From Monocercomonoides exilis PA203 (taxonomy: Eukaryota > Protista > Preaxostyla), in contig LSRY02000012.1 in NCBI GenBank assembly GCA_001643675.2, positions 1,054,001 to 1,118,000 of the forward strand: a stretch of 64,000 nt of DNA, written 5' to 3'. Below are positions 12,601 to 26,229 of this stretch, piece by piece. The notes beneath the pieces are model-generated. The model was not told the origin of the DNA. It searched no databases and saw only the letters and a list, made by a program, of their open reading frames with translations. Both the position numbers and the translations under genes were made by a program. Positions within the stretch are counted from its first letter, which is position 1. Each line of letters starts with the position of its first letter.

Positions 12601-15600
12601 GAGGAGGAGAGACGAGAGGAAAAGAGAAAGATTGGCCAAGATTGAGAGAGAGGAGGAGGAGAGGAGGATGAAGGAGTCAGAGAGGATTATGCAGATGTGG
12701 ACGAGAAAAGGAGTGGCTGGGAAAACAACTGAATCGAACAATGACAATGGAGATAACAATGGAAGTTTCAATGATGATTGTAATAATGCTAACACCCATG
12801 GCAATAGCAAAGGAAACAACTATAATCTTCGCTCTTCTTCCATCCAGACAAGAAACCGCAGCAGCACGCTCTCCAAAATACCTCTCTCTGCTTCCTCTCT
12901 CTTTGCCTTTCCTGCCTCTTCCTCCTTCTCCTTCAAGCCCAAACCTCATCATGTGCTGACATCTGGCTCATTCTCCATTGAAACTCGTTCATTTGTGTCA
13001 CATTTATTATTCCCGATCTACACCTCCGCCTCTTCTCTTCCGAGCATCCCGTCATTTGTGGATGGGCAAGAGGAGGAAATCGATGTGGTTGGGGCTGAAT
13101 CCCCCAGAGGAATGCTCATCTTGGACTCTGCACAGATGCAGTCGCCTCAGCTGACTGATGGGGAAGAGAGCGAGACGGAGGCGAAGAAGAAGAGGAGAAG
13201 GAGATTGGAAAGGATCATCAAGCAGATGAAGCAGACGAAAGACGGTGGGGACAGAGGAGGACTGGAGGAGGCAGATGAAGTTGCAGGAGGAAACGAATAT
13301 CAGAATAGAGACAGCTCGTCCTCATCTTCAAGTGCAGGAGGAGAAAGCGGAATGGAAGACGACGACGGATTCAGCCTGCGAGACACGCTTTTGAGCGATG
13401 ACGACTTGTACTCACTTCTTCTGCGGCACATCAGCGACTACGAAGAAGGCGGGTTCATCTTCCTCAACTCTACACAGCCCACTTCTTCGATGCTTGTGGA
13501 AGGAGGACATAAAACCAAAAACCCTTCTGCCCCGATCCCTTCTTCATCTACACACGGCCCTCTCTCTCGTGCGGCAGCGCTGCTCCCTCCAGGGGCAGAT
13601 TTGGATCTGCCGCTGCCGTACGAGCAAAGTGCGGTGGACTTGCTGAGGTCACCGGTGGAAGGGATGAAGGAGAAGAAGGAGGGGGAAGGAGGAGAAGGAG
13701 AAGGAGGGAGAGATGGAAGTGGTGGCAGAATTGATGATGATAGCGATGATGAGGATGATGACAATGATGATAATTCCAATGGAAACGAAGGAGGAGAAGC
13801 TGCGCGATTGGTGAGGCAGAACGAGAAGGCGAAGGAAAGAGAAAGAGAAAGAGAAAGAGAAAGAGAGGAAGAAGCGATGCACGATGAGAATTGGCTGTGT
13901 CCGCTTTGTTTTCCTCCTTATCCATCACCTCCTGTTGAGGTGCATATGGATCCAGCGAACAGGAAGAGAGCAGAGGAGCTGAGAGAGATAGAGGAGAAGG
14001 AAAAGAAGGAGAAGGAGAAAGAAAAGGAGAAGGAGAAAGAAGAAGAAAGATTGAATCAAACAGGTTCTAGTTTAAGTTCTGGTTCTGAAGGAACAGATTC
14101 TTCAGTCCCAGACCCGCCTCCTTCACGAGATGGCTTATCTCAACAAATATCTTCTTCATCTGATGCTTCATTGCAGAGCGTTCCAGTGCCACCTCCTTCA
14201 CAGCCACCAAACCCGCCTCCATCTTCTGTAGAGATAGATAATGATGCTTCTGAAGAGAAGAATTCGATTTCTTCTTCTGCTTCTTCTTCTGCTGCTGCTA
14301 ATACTACGAATGATAATGCCGCGGAAACAAGTTCTTTGGATTCATCATCTTTTTCTTCTTCCTCTTCCTCTTCTGAACAGTCAACATCAACAACATCAAC
14401 AACCTCATCATCATCATCAGATTCTTCTTCTGTTCCACCGCCACCTCCTCTTCCTCTCCTCAACAGCAACGTGGAAAAGATTCTTTCTGTGGCACAGTTC
14501 CGAGAAATGGGGGGAGGCTCGCTCAGATTGCAGAAGAGCAAAAAAACAGGGAATACAAATACATTGGATGCTGGAGATGGTAGCAGGATGAATGGTGTGA
14601 AAGCGTTTTATTTTTATTTTAATTTTTTATTTTTCCTTTCTCTTATTCTTATCATTCAATCTTTCCTTCGATTTGTTTCATTTTGTATTGTTTATGCTTC
14701 AAATCTATTATCCACTTTTTTTGCAATCAATATTCTATTTCTATTCTTCCTTTCCTTTTAATGCTATATCATCTACCAAACTATCATCATTTCCATTCCA
14801 TCCATCCATCCAACCAATAAATAAATAAATAAATAAATAAATAAAAGAATCCGCCAAATCTTTCCCTTCTGGTTCTTTTCTGAGCAACGAAGACATGTCT
14901 GAGCTGATTGGCGTTGTTCCGCCTGTCTCTTCTTCTTTCCTTCCTTCTGTTTCTTCTTTGTCTTCTCTCAAACGTCCCCGCAGACACTCTCTCAGCAGCT
15001 CTCCTTCTGATCATCGATCGTTTTTTGCTTCATCATATTCTTCTTCTTCTTCTTCTTCTTCCTCCTCATCATCATCATCACCTTCTTCTTCTTCTTCCTC
15101 CTCTTCCTCTTTCATCCACAAATCAGTCTACACCACTTTATATCCATCTCTTCTGAGTCTTCCTGCCATGCTCCCTTCTTTCGTGTCATTTGACACTCTG
15201 AAGCCATCTCCTTCTCTTGTCGCTCGTGTTTCTGAGGAAAAAAGAGAAATTGAAGGGAAAACGGTTGATAATACAGGAAATGGAGGATCTTTTGATGGAA
15301 GTGATGGAAAGAATGAAGGAATGAAGCAGGAAACAAGTGCTGATAGAGAAAAAAATCATTCTTCAAGAATGGAGAGTGAGAAAGAGGAAGAGAAAACAAA
15401 ACTATCCAACAAAGTCAATGAAAAAGAAAAAGACAATAAAGAAGAAGAAGATGATGAAGACGATGATGATGATGATGAAGACAGATCAGCTTCACCACCG
15501 CCAACACTTGCCCAGCGTATGAAGCGCAAACAAACATACTTGTCTCTTTTATCATCCCAAGCATTGCATTCAAACCCCACACCTTCTGCTCCATTCGCCG

Positions 15601-18600
15601 GCAAATCATCTTCAATTGCTCCGTTTCGGCTGCTTGTTGGGAAACAGCCATTGAAGCAAGCAAAAGATAAGGATGAGTGGAAGATGCTATTTGGAAAAGT
15701 GAACAAAGAGGAGATGGATTCAAAGAAATGCGAAGAAACAAAAGTTGGAAAAGAAAAAGAAGAAATGAATGAAGTGAAAGAGGTAAAAGAAGAGAAAGAA
15801 GAGAAAGAAGGAAAACTAAACAGAATTTCAGCTGAAGAAGTTCCATCACAACCGGTTAAATCAACTTCAGAATCAACTTTCCCGTCAAATTCCTTGTCAA
15901 CCACATCGTCTGAAGCATCTGAAATACATCCTTCTTCAAGCACTGCTCAACAGCCTTCATCACAATCACAAATTTCTCCACAAGTCGAAAAGCCAACAGC
16001 AGAAACGGAATTAAAACCAACCCCACAAAAGCAGACAACCCAATCACTTTCGTCTTCTTCCGAAGAAAGAAAAACAACAAGAGACGATTCAATCCCAAAA
16101 ACATTGGCTTCTTCATCTCCTGAGACAGATTATCCAGGCCTGCTCTCTTTACCTTCAAGTGTCGTTACAAATCCATCTGAATCCTCTTCATATTTCATTC
16201 CGTCAGCACAGAAACCAATTCAGCTAGATTCTTCACTGGGTTCTGGTTCTGAGTCTGCTTCATCATCCTCTTCTTCATTGTCATCATCTTCTTCCTCCGC
16301 CTCATCTTCCTCTTCTACTTCAACCTCCACTATTTCCTCCTCTTCCCAAAGCGAACAAACCGTCTCCTCCTCCTCTTCCTCCTCTTTCTCCTACTCTTCC
16401 TCAGGCACCTCCTCTCGCCCCTCTTCCCCCCGCCCCCTCTCCCCGCCTCCTTCTCTCCCTTCTTTGCGCCATCATCACATAGCAGTCGCTGAGACCCACG
16501 GTAGCCGTCCTTCAATGGAAGACTTTCTGGTTGTACTGCCGTGTGGTGGGTGGGATCTGTCAGCGCTGATTGAGGCAGGCGAGATGGGCATTGTGAAGCG
16601 GCTGCTGACACTGCCACAGGAAATACGCTTCCACAGAGAAGGGATGAAGGTGTTCAATGAGAGAGAAGAGAAGCGATGGGCGGCGAGGCTGCGCAGAGGG
16701 TGGGGACCGATACTGAGGGATGGGATCAGAGGAGGAGGGAGAGGAGAAGGAGAAGGGGTTGGTCAGTTTTCTGGATCTTTCTCTGGGATTTCCAATCGAG
16801 GGAGGTCGATTTTGAGGAATGTGGAACGAGCAAGCGCTGTCTCATCACTTTCTGCATCGCCTTCAGTTTCTGCTTCGTTTTCGTCTTTGAGAGGAAGAGG
16901 CAGACCATCTGTTTCCTTTTCATCAGCTGAGCGGCCACGTTTGAGCTCAAAGAACAACATTTCTCGTCCGTCGCATCTGGCAGACAACAGAGAAAGTGCA
17001 ACAGCCACATCCACATCCACATCGAAAGAATCAGACATAGCAGCAGCATCATCATCTGCAGCATCCGATTCACCTGCCCAGAACAGCTCATCTCTTGACA
17101 GCTGCCCGTATTTCCACCCGTCTGTCACCAGCTGCGGGGTCTTTGCTGTGTTTGATGGACACAAAGGTCCCCAGACAGCATCTTTCTTGTCATCTCATTT
17201 TGTGGATGCCTTTCTCCACTGCACGAAGGAGAGAATCCACATGGAGAACGAGAGGAAGAAGAAGGAGAGAATGCCGAAGGGAGCAGCAGAGGCTCAGAAG
17301 CAGAAGTCGAAGCAGAACAAGCAGATACAGCAGGCAAAGCAGAAGAAGAAGAAGGTTATTTCAACAGATGTGGATGATTGGATTGTTATCGCACAAGAAA
17401 GGCATTCAGCAAATTTGGAATCGAAAGAAGCTAATGAAAATAACACCAACACTCAAAAAACAGAAGGAAACGAACAGAAACAGCTGCCTCCTGCACCACC
17501 TCCGTCTCTGCCCCTTCAGAGTCCTGACGCATCTTCGTCTCTTCCATTGGTGATTCCTGCTCCTTTGAATGATGAGCCACAAGTTGCACCTCAACCGCTT
17601 GAAGATGAAAAAGAGTCTGAATCGAAAAGAGAGCAACAAAATAAAAGCCAAAATGAAAACACACAAAATGCTTCAAAATCTGGTGATCAAGAAAGCGAAC
17701 AGCCCACGAAATGTGCAGAAGAACCTAGCGCTTTGAATCCAAAGAAAGTGGCTCCGAATCCTCCTCCATCAACAAGTGATAGTTTACCAACAAGTTCTTC
17801 CAATTTATCTTCCTCTTCTTCTTCACAGCAAGCTCCATCCGCCTCGACTGCCTCACAATCTTCATCATCGTCGTCCTCTCGTTCAACTCCTACTCCTCTT
17901 CTCTGTCTGATCCTTCGAGACACATTTGCCCATCTCACTGCCAAGATGCGTGCACTGCGTGTGGTTGATGGCTCGTGTGCGTTGGTTGCTGTGGTAACGC
18001 CCACAAATGTGTATTTAGCATCGGCGGGGGACTGCAGGGCTGTGCTGGTGTCACGGTGGATCAATGGAGAAGAATGTGTGGCTAATATGGAGGAGGTTCT
18101 TCACTCAGGTGTTGAAGAAGGAGAGATTGTGAAGAATGAAAAAGAGAATACAGAAGAGAGTTTCAATTCAAAGAGTGATACCTGCAAAGCCTCTCCAGCA
18201 AGAGAAGATAAAAATACCAATGAAAATACTTCAATTTGTCTGCATTCAGAAAAACTTTCAGAATCGACAAGCAAACAACCTTCTTCAATTGACACAGAAG
18301 AGCACAAACACAACTCATCTGATTGCACACAAAGAGAAGAGCTGTTCCGTCCTTTCAACACATTTTGCCCAACGCTCCGTCGCTTGCCTACAAACTTTAC
18401 ACAGAATGGAGTGAACAACAAACAATCTCGTTCTTCACGTTCTTCAAAGCAGCAAGCAAAAGACGAGCATTCAGGTCTGTTCGCATCCGGAGCTCGCTTC
18501 ACATCTGTCCCTTCAGTCTCCTCTTCCTTACGTCATCCGCTCATATTCCCCCCACCTTCCTTCTTTCTCACTGCCCGTGCACTCACCATCGACCACAAGC

Positions 18601-19850
18601 CGCTGTGTCCGCGTGAACGGCGCTTCATCAAGCGAGTGGGCGGTTTTGTGACGACAGAGCGGAGAATCAACAGCATCTTGGCAGTGGCACGTGCTTTGGG
18701 CGACTTCGACCTGTCGCCTGCAGTCAGCAGCGAGCCAGATGTCACGATGTGTGCAATAGAAAGGTGGGGGAAGCTGCATGTGGACGGATCTGACTGTATT
18801 CAATGTGATTGTGCAGAACATGCGAAAGAAAGGAATTGTAATAGTTTGGCTCCTCGTTCGCATGGTTGTCATTCTTTGGAAGGGTCACCAAGTACTGACT
18901 CTTCTTCATCAACACCGTTGCAATCAGCCAGGTCTTCTCTCAAATCCCAATCTATTCACCTTTCATCCTCCCATGCCTCTTCATATGTCTCGCCCTATGT
19001 CCCTCCCTCGCTTGCTCCTGTTCTTGACGAATGGCTCATCCCACCACAGCCGTTTCCTGCATTGTTTCATGCACGTGAAGAGAACTGGAGACTGAAAGAG
19101 CTATCAGCACATGAACGAGCCTCTTATTCAGAACATCATTCGAAGGAAGATGGAAACAATACAGTGTCATCAGCATCATCATCAACATCAGATTCGTTAT
19201 CAGTTGTAACAGCGTCTACCAGTTCTGCACCACATAACTCCTCAAATGTGTTTGTCAATGGATGGAAGAGAGAGGACATGGCGTTGGTGTTGGCGTGTGA
19301 TGGTCTTTATGATGTGATTGACACACAGCAAGTGGCAGAGATTGGATTCCCGTGGATGGACGAAGAAGCAGGATGGTCTGTGTTTAGCGACCCTGTCTTT
19401 GATGAAGAAGATGACGATGAAGGCAAAGGAGGTGAAGAAGACACCACTTGCGAGGAGAATGACTCATCCACAGAAGGAGGGCAGAAAGCAGAAAACGAAG
19501 AAATTTGCTCTCAAATTCCTGCAGATGCACAGGAGGAGCCTGCAACAATGGCAGCCGCGTCCAGCCAGCTGTCACTCTCAGAATGTGCAGTTGGCACTTT
19601 GAACGAGCAAAAAGCAGCGAAAACAGAACACACCCCAATTTCTAAGAAGAAGTGCCATCGCCTCAGATCACTTAAGAGATCCCAGTCAAATGTGAGTAGT
19701 ACAAGGACGCATCATCATTCACACAAGGGATGCAGATGCAGCACAATCTCTAAGGGCCAACTGGCCGAGTTGGCTGCGTTGCGCCTGCGATCTGCAGCGG
19801 AAGCGCTGGAATCTACAGACAATATCAGCATCATTGTGATTATGCTGTAA
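6652..19850 (+). CDS. Giant leucine-rich-repeat + PP2C (PPM) phosphatase, PHLPP-like architecture, ~4,100 aa, 7 exons
   Basis: LRR motifs (LxxLxLSxNxL) occur in the first exons and the long ORF. PP2C motifs: AETHGSRPSMED, VFAVFDGHKG, DGSCA..ASAGDCRAVL, LTIDHKP, LAVARALGD, LACDGLYDV, STDNISIIV. Frame-consistent GT-AG introns at 6907-7005, 7158-7207, 7431-7542, 7702-7951, 8199-8402 and 14595-14847. Confidence 0.85.
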
Positions 19851-20278
19851 TAATTGTTTTTGATTGTATGTTAGAATCGTTTTTTTTTTAATAAAAAGAA
19901 TTCTCAATATGTAAAATTTTTTTCGTTCTTTCTATAAACTTGTTCAAATCTTAAAACTGTTTTGTGAATTGTTTATTGATGATATTATTGCGGATGTTTT
20001 TATTTGAATTTGTTATTATTATCTTTTAAGTTTCATTAGGCAATTGGAGATAAAAATTCCTTCATGTTGCAGATCTTTAATAAATCATGTAAAAATTTAT
20101 TTATTCAATAATACAACAATTTTGTTTATTTTTTCTCTTCATAACCACAAACTTCTTTCTTAAAACAAAGAAAAAGAATTCACTACTATGAAACGCCATT
20201 ATTAATTTTTTTTTATTTCGATTTTTTCATTTGAATTCTTATTTACAATTTAATATCGAAACTAAAATCTAAAACGTA

Positions 20279-21489
20279 ATGGAACAAGGTATGATGTTTT
20301 ATCTTATTTTCATTTTTCACGATTTATCTTTCATATCTTATTTGAAAAAATTTTTGAGAAGAAAATCCTCAAACCCAACAGATTACAAATATCAACTCGA
20401 ATGAAAAGTCTAATGATGAAGCTGTTGCAGAATCAAATACAGAAATCGACAATAAGGAACCACAGTACGTTCTTGATTCATCAACAGAAGTTCATGGTGT
20501 GTAATTGTTTGAAGAATAAAAAAATTCAATTCGTTTTTGTCAAATAAGCAGAACATGAAGATGAGTCAGAAGTTGCAATAATATCTAATAGCTATTCAAA
20601 GTCGGCAGAACGTAGTCAACTCTCTGAGATAGAAGAAATTGAAGAAGAATTGGACAAAGAAATTATGAAGGAAACTGAGGATCAAGAGGAACAACCTCGA
20701 AGGCATCGGCCTTCTCTTCCACCTGTATATAATGTTTCTACCATGCTTGAAGAAAAAGAATCCAGAGATCTTGATTCATTGCGTAAACTTGCAACTGCTC
20801 TATCTTCAAAATTCACTTCATTTACAAATTCTTCATCACACACTTTCAAAAGCAGCACAGAAATTGACGATGGAATATCTCCAATTAAGCAACGAAAGAG
20901 AACAAGAAGCAAAACCACACCTGCTGCACTTTATTCTTCTCACTTCAACGACACTTCATTAAAACAAGCTCGCCACACCATAAATGATACAAGGGCGGAA
21001 CTCAAAGCACAAGCAGAATTAAAGAAATCAAATGAAAGATCAACAAAATCAAAGCGCGAAGAAAGCAAAGCAGAAATGAAAGAAAATGAGATTGATTCGC
21101 ATAAGCAAGACGAGAAAGAAGATGATGAATCAAATGAGAAGAGTGAAAAAATGGACACTGCTCCAGAATTAGCAACGAAAGCGCGAAAAAGAACAAGAAA
21201 AGAAATTGAACAGGCAAATGAGGATGAAAGAAGTGATCTGCCCGCTAGAAAGAGAAGGACAACAACAAAGAATCAGAAACGGTTGAGAATTGAAAATGAG
21301 GATGTTAAAAATAATGAAAAAGAAGACAAAGAAGACAAAGAAGACAAAGAAGACAAAGAAGAAAGTGAAGAAAAATCAGATTCAACTGAAAATTCTGTAA
21401 TCAAGCCAAAAGCGAAAAGCAAGCAACAAAGGCGTTCTAGCACACAGATTGAGAGAAAAAGTAGAGTCACAACTCGATCAGGAAAGTAA
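20279..21489 (+). CDS. Hypothetical Lys/Glu/Arg-rich low-complexity protein (probably 3 exons)
   Basis: 279-aa charged ORF at 20650-21489. A candidate first exon ATGGAACAAG|GTATG lies at 20279, with intervening coding-like sequence. Basic NLS-like clusters. The 5' structure is uncertain. Confidence 0.55.
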
Positions 21490-21840
21490 TGAGCACGTAA
21501 CTTTTTCATTTCTTGACTCAAGTTTAAAGGATTTCGTTTTAAAAAGAAAGAAATTCAATGACGCGCACCATTTAGTTAAATGCAATTATTTTGTCGGCTT
21601 TTTTCGTCAATTTTGCATTTAAATAATTCTGAATATTTGTTCTTTTTCTCTTTTTCACTTCATTAAAATGTTTTTCGTTTTTGTTAATGATATGTTTTTG
21701 TTTGCTTTTATAATAAAGATTATTAAATTATTCATTTAAAAGCTTTAACTGAGTTCATAGCAAAGAAAAGATGGAAATAGAAAAAGTTTTTAAGTGTATT
21801 ATTTTATTTTTGTCTGATCAAAGACTTGAATTAATTTTCA

Positions 21841-24800
21841 ATGATAATTCAAGTTCAAGATTTTATTGAACTTGTTTATCAACGAATATTACAAGCATCA
21901 AAAGAAAATAATCGAATACTTTTGATTAGCGCAAATGACGTTGACTCTGTTTGCACGAGCTCAATAATTACGGTATTTAATTTTTTTCATTTATAATAAT
22001 CATCAAATAATATTAAATTTTAATTGTTTTCTTCATTTTATTTTTTTGATTACATCTTAATCGTTTTAAAAACGATAGGCATTGCTTCAAGCAGAGCAGG
22101 TTCTTTATACTTTAATTCCAGTCTGCAGCAACAATTCGTTAGTATCAACCTTGAAATCCCGATTGGCTACTCAAGCGGAAGCTCATTATTTCTTTTTGAT
22201 AAATTGTGGAGCTCAAATTGATCTTAATTCTCTTGTTCCAAATGATGTGTCAAATGTTGTATTTTTTGTTCTTGATAACCATCGACCATATAACCTCGAA
22301 AATGCAGTGCCCACAAACGAATCCGTACGATCATTTTAAAATTTTTAAATGTTTGAATCTGATGTTTTCCAATATCTAGGTTATTCTTATTGATGATGGT
22401 TCTGGACTTCTGGAAATACAAAGATTTGAGGAGCCTGTTCCAGAAGGAACAAAAACAAGAGCTGAAGTTGAGGAAGAACGGTTAAGAGAAGAAGAAGAGG
22501 AAGGTGATGATTTTGAAGAGAATGATGATGAGGCTGAAGAGGATTCAGTAAGAGATGATATTATGAATATGGAAGGGATGGAAGAGATTGGCAGAAAGAG
22601 AAAGAAAAAGAGGAAAAAGAACGAACCTGTGATTACACAAGAAGATATTTTAGAAGAACGAAAGGTTAATCTGAAATGCATTTATTTCATTTTATTTATA
22701 AACATTATTTTTTCGAACTTGTACTAAACATTTCTATTCAGAAAGTCTATGATGAACTCAGTTACATTGCTTGCTCTTCTTCGTTTATGCTTTTTAGTGT
22801 TGCATCAAAAATTAATCGGAGCAGTAACCAATCATTATGGGCAGCACTTGTAGGACTTTCGGCATTATGGATGAATGAATTCATTGAAGAAGATGAATAC
22901 AAACAGAGTTTTGAGACACTTCTTCCTGATATCTTCCGACTCAACCCTCAGATGCAGAACACCGTTGGAGCAGCTACTTCAATCCTGGCTGTTGAGTCAA
23001 CTTTGACAGCAACTGTTGTTCCTGTACCCGACTATCCGCTTCTCTGCTACCGTCACACAACACTTGCACAGTCAATATCCATCACCCCATTCTTTGTGGC
23101 AAAGCTCGGCTTGTGGCTGGACAGTGGCGCTGATAACATCAAAGAGTTGCTTGCAATGATGGGTGTACCAATAAGAGAGGCCAATGCTCCATTTGAAGAA
23201 ATGACTATTGAATCACAAGAAGCATTGAGAGGATTTTTTGTGGAGATGGTTACATCTGATACAGCTTCGTGGAAAAGAAAAGAGGCGCAAAATGAGAAAA
23301 CATATGGAGGATTTACGAAAGAGCAGAGAATTTTGAGAGGAAGGGTGAAGACAGATATGACAATGACTGCTGTTATGAAGCAGATTGGTCACAATGATGT
23401 CAGTGCTGTGGATGTTGCATGCGCCTTGGAGGCAATACTGTCAAGAGGCTGGGAGATCGAAGGCGCAGGGAGAAGAAAAGCGATGCTTGGATTAGGATCG
23501 TCACAATCTGGCTCTGCGACTGCTTCTTCTGTAAAGCCAATGCCATTTTCAAGGAGAGAAGCAGCATCAGCATCGGCTTCTGCGTCTGCTTCATCTTCTT
23601 CTTCTTCCTCACAGCAAAGTGAAGACAATGGAGCTTCGGCTGAAGGAGTTGGTGATGGAATAACAGAATGGAAGGAATGGTCTTTCTGCTTCTGGTTGGC
23701 GTTAAATGCTCTGTCAAAGTGTGATAAAATGAAGAATTTATAAAAATAATGATGAATTTTAATTTTTCACTGTCATAATGCACAATTCTTATTTTTTTGA
23801 ATATATTCTTTGTTTAATTGTCAGTGATGGATATCAGATGCTTATGGAAGGTATTAAACTGTTCATTGAAACTCAAAAGGCTGTTATAAATGCAGGCACA
23901 AATATCATCAGAAGTAGAGTGTGTTAATAAAGAATTATGTTTTAAACATGATTATATAATCAAATGAAACTTTCTCTTTCTCTTTCTTTATTATTCCTTC
24001 TTTTTGCATGCTTCAATAAAAAAAATAAAAAACACAAAATCTTCAGCGTGTCATTTCAACATCCATCAGGCAAGCAGTCATCCATCAAAAATACGGAATA
24101 GCTCAGCTGCCTCTTTTGCAGCATCCTTTCCCTCTTTCGTGTTTGACACGGTTTTTGCTGTTAGCTTTTGATCAGTTCAAGCCCAAACAGAAAAATACTG
24201 GTAGCAACTCGCAAGCAATGGACAGATTTAAGCCTCGGCCTTTGCTGCTTTCTATCCCTCATCCTTCGTTGGCTTCTCATGTTCTTATCGTGGGTCATTG
24301 CCCTCCTTCAATGAACATGCATTGCAGAAAGTATGAAAATGCTATTTAAATAATAATAATCTCTTCTTATTTCCAAATGTTGTTTTTTTTAACCAAACAT
24401 TAAAATTTTATAAATTTTACAGTCCTTTCTCAGCTGCATATGAGCACAGCAAGCAAGTTTCGCGTACATCTGGTGAATCCTGTGGATTTGATGGGGAAAG
24501 CATTCTGATTGACACGAGGAGAGCGGCTCTTTTCATGGAAGCGCTGCAGAAGATCGACTGGGAAAGGAAGCAGGCGCTGGCGTATCGGATGTCACAAGGA
24601 GAAATGGATGTGCTGGATGCTGGCAGAAACATGAAGGACACAGAGGAAATGATGATGGCTGCATCGAAGAAGAAGAAGAAGAAGAAAGGGAAATCAAAAT
24701 TGTCAGGGTTTTTCTTTGATGAAATGAACAAGGAAGCAAATGGAGAGCAAGAAGAAGACGATGATGAATATGGCTTTGACGATGAAGAAGAAGAGGAGGA

Positions 24801-25371
24801 AGAGCCTTTTTCTCTGAGCATGTCACGAGGAGGAGGTGTATTGAGCAGTCTTTTAAGGGCTGTTAATGAGGAAGAAGCAATGATGGAAAGAGAAATGTGG
24901 CAGATGAAGGAGGAACAAAGAATGAAAGAGAGAATGAAAGAAAAAAGTAAAAAACCAGTTGAAATGATTGAGGTTGGAAAAGATGAAGAGGAGGAAGAAG
25001 AAGATGACGATGATGAAGATGAAGAACTCGATGAAGAAACAGAAGAATTTAAGAAGAAAAAACCAGATAGAGAAAGGATTTCGCGCAAGGAAAGCGATTC
25101 AGATAATGAAGAAGACGAAGATAATGAAGATGAATTGGAAGAAGAGGACGATGAAGAAGATGATGATTTAAACGCAATGGAAAATGGAAAGAAGCCAAAA
25201 TTTGATGAAGAAGATGACGAAGAAGCAGAAGACGAGGAAATTGAAAGGGAAGAAGCAGAGAATTATGGATTTGTTGTTGAGGATGGGGAAGAGGAAGAAG
25301 TGAATGAAGAAGACGAAGAGACGTTTCAAGATGATAATGATTTAACTCAGATGGAAGGAGAAAACGCTTGA
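21841..25371 (+). CDS. CDC45: Cell division control protein 45 (CMG helicase component), 7 exons
   Basis: Motifs NDVDSVCTSSII, LINCGAQIDL, FVLDNHRPYNLEN, LWAALVGL, LCYRHTTL, LGLW..LLAMMGVP, SAVDVACALEAIL and NPFSAAY. Frame-consistent introns at 21973-22078, 22325-22379, 22665-22741, 23719-23824, 23919-24046 and 24331-24422. Confidence 0.93.
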
Positions 25372-25508
25372 TTGAAATTCCCTTTTTTTATGACATTTCT
25401 ATTTATTTCCATATCGCATCATTTCACAATTCTATTTTGATTTGTGCAAATTATCATTTCACGTTCTTCGGCGAAAAAAATGGGAGATCTCAATTTTGAT
25501 CAAAGAGA

Positions 25509-26058
25509 ATGGCGACTTCTGTCTCATTAAAACGTGCTCCAACAGCATCAACCGGAGTAGAAGAGGTTATTTTTAAAACTGTATTTCTTTTTTTAGTAAT
25601 TGTTCCCTTTTATAAATTAGGAAGAGAAGAAAGATGATTTTACAAAAGGACCACTTTCACTTCTTTATCACAGTGTAAAAGAACATTGTCAGGTACTTTT
25701 TGCATTTTTAAGTAACTATGAATATTTATGTTAATAATTTCTACATTTTTAAGGTTTTGGTCAATTTGAGAAGCAACCGAAAATTACTTGGAGTTGTTCG
25801 GGCTTTCGACCGTCATATGAATCTTGTTATGGAAAATGTTAAAGAATTTTGGACTGAATTTCCTAAAAAAGGTATTTTTATTTTTTATATCTTCGGAATT
25901 ATGATGAAACTTCTATATCAATCTAATTTTAAAAAAAATAATTGTTTACAGGTAAAGGAGCAAAACGTGGACTTCCTGTAAATAGAGAAAGAGTTATTAT
26001 GAAACTTTTCGTGAGAGGAGATTCAATTATTCTAATTGTTCGAAATCCAAAGGCGTAA
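25509..26058 (+). CDS. SNRPD2: Small nuclear ribonucleoprotein Sm D2, 4 exons
   Basis: [75 protein letters not shown]. Introns at 25566-25620, 25693-25753 and 25872-25951. Confidence 0.95.
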
Positions 26059-26229
26059 ATTAAGTTAATTCATTTCAAAATTTAATTTTGTGAATAATTC
26101 AAAAATTAAAACACTTCTACTTTTTTATAATTGAGTATATATATCATATTTATTTTGAGTATCAACGCTTGACTATGTTTTTCTTGAGTTACGATCTTTA
26201 ACCATACTACAATTTCATTTCTAAGAAAA

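Noticed and set aside
8445-19907. Numerous antisense and alternate-frame ORFs inside the large genes
   Set aside because: They are expected shadows of stop-poor triplet-repeat coding sequence.
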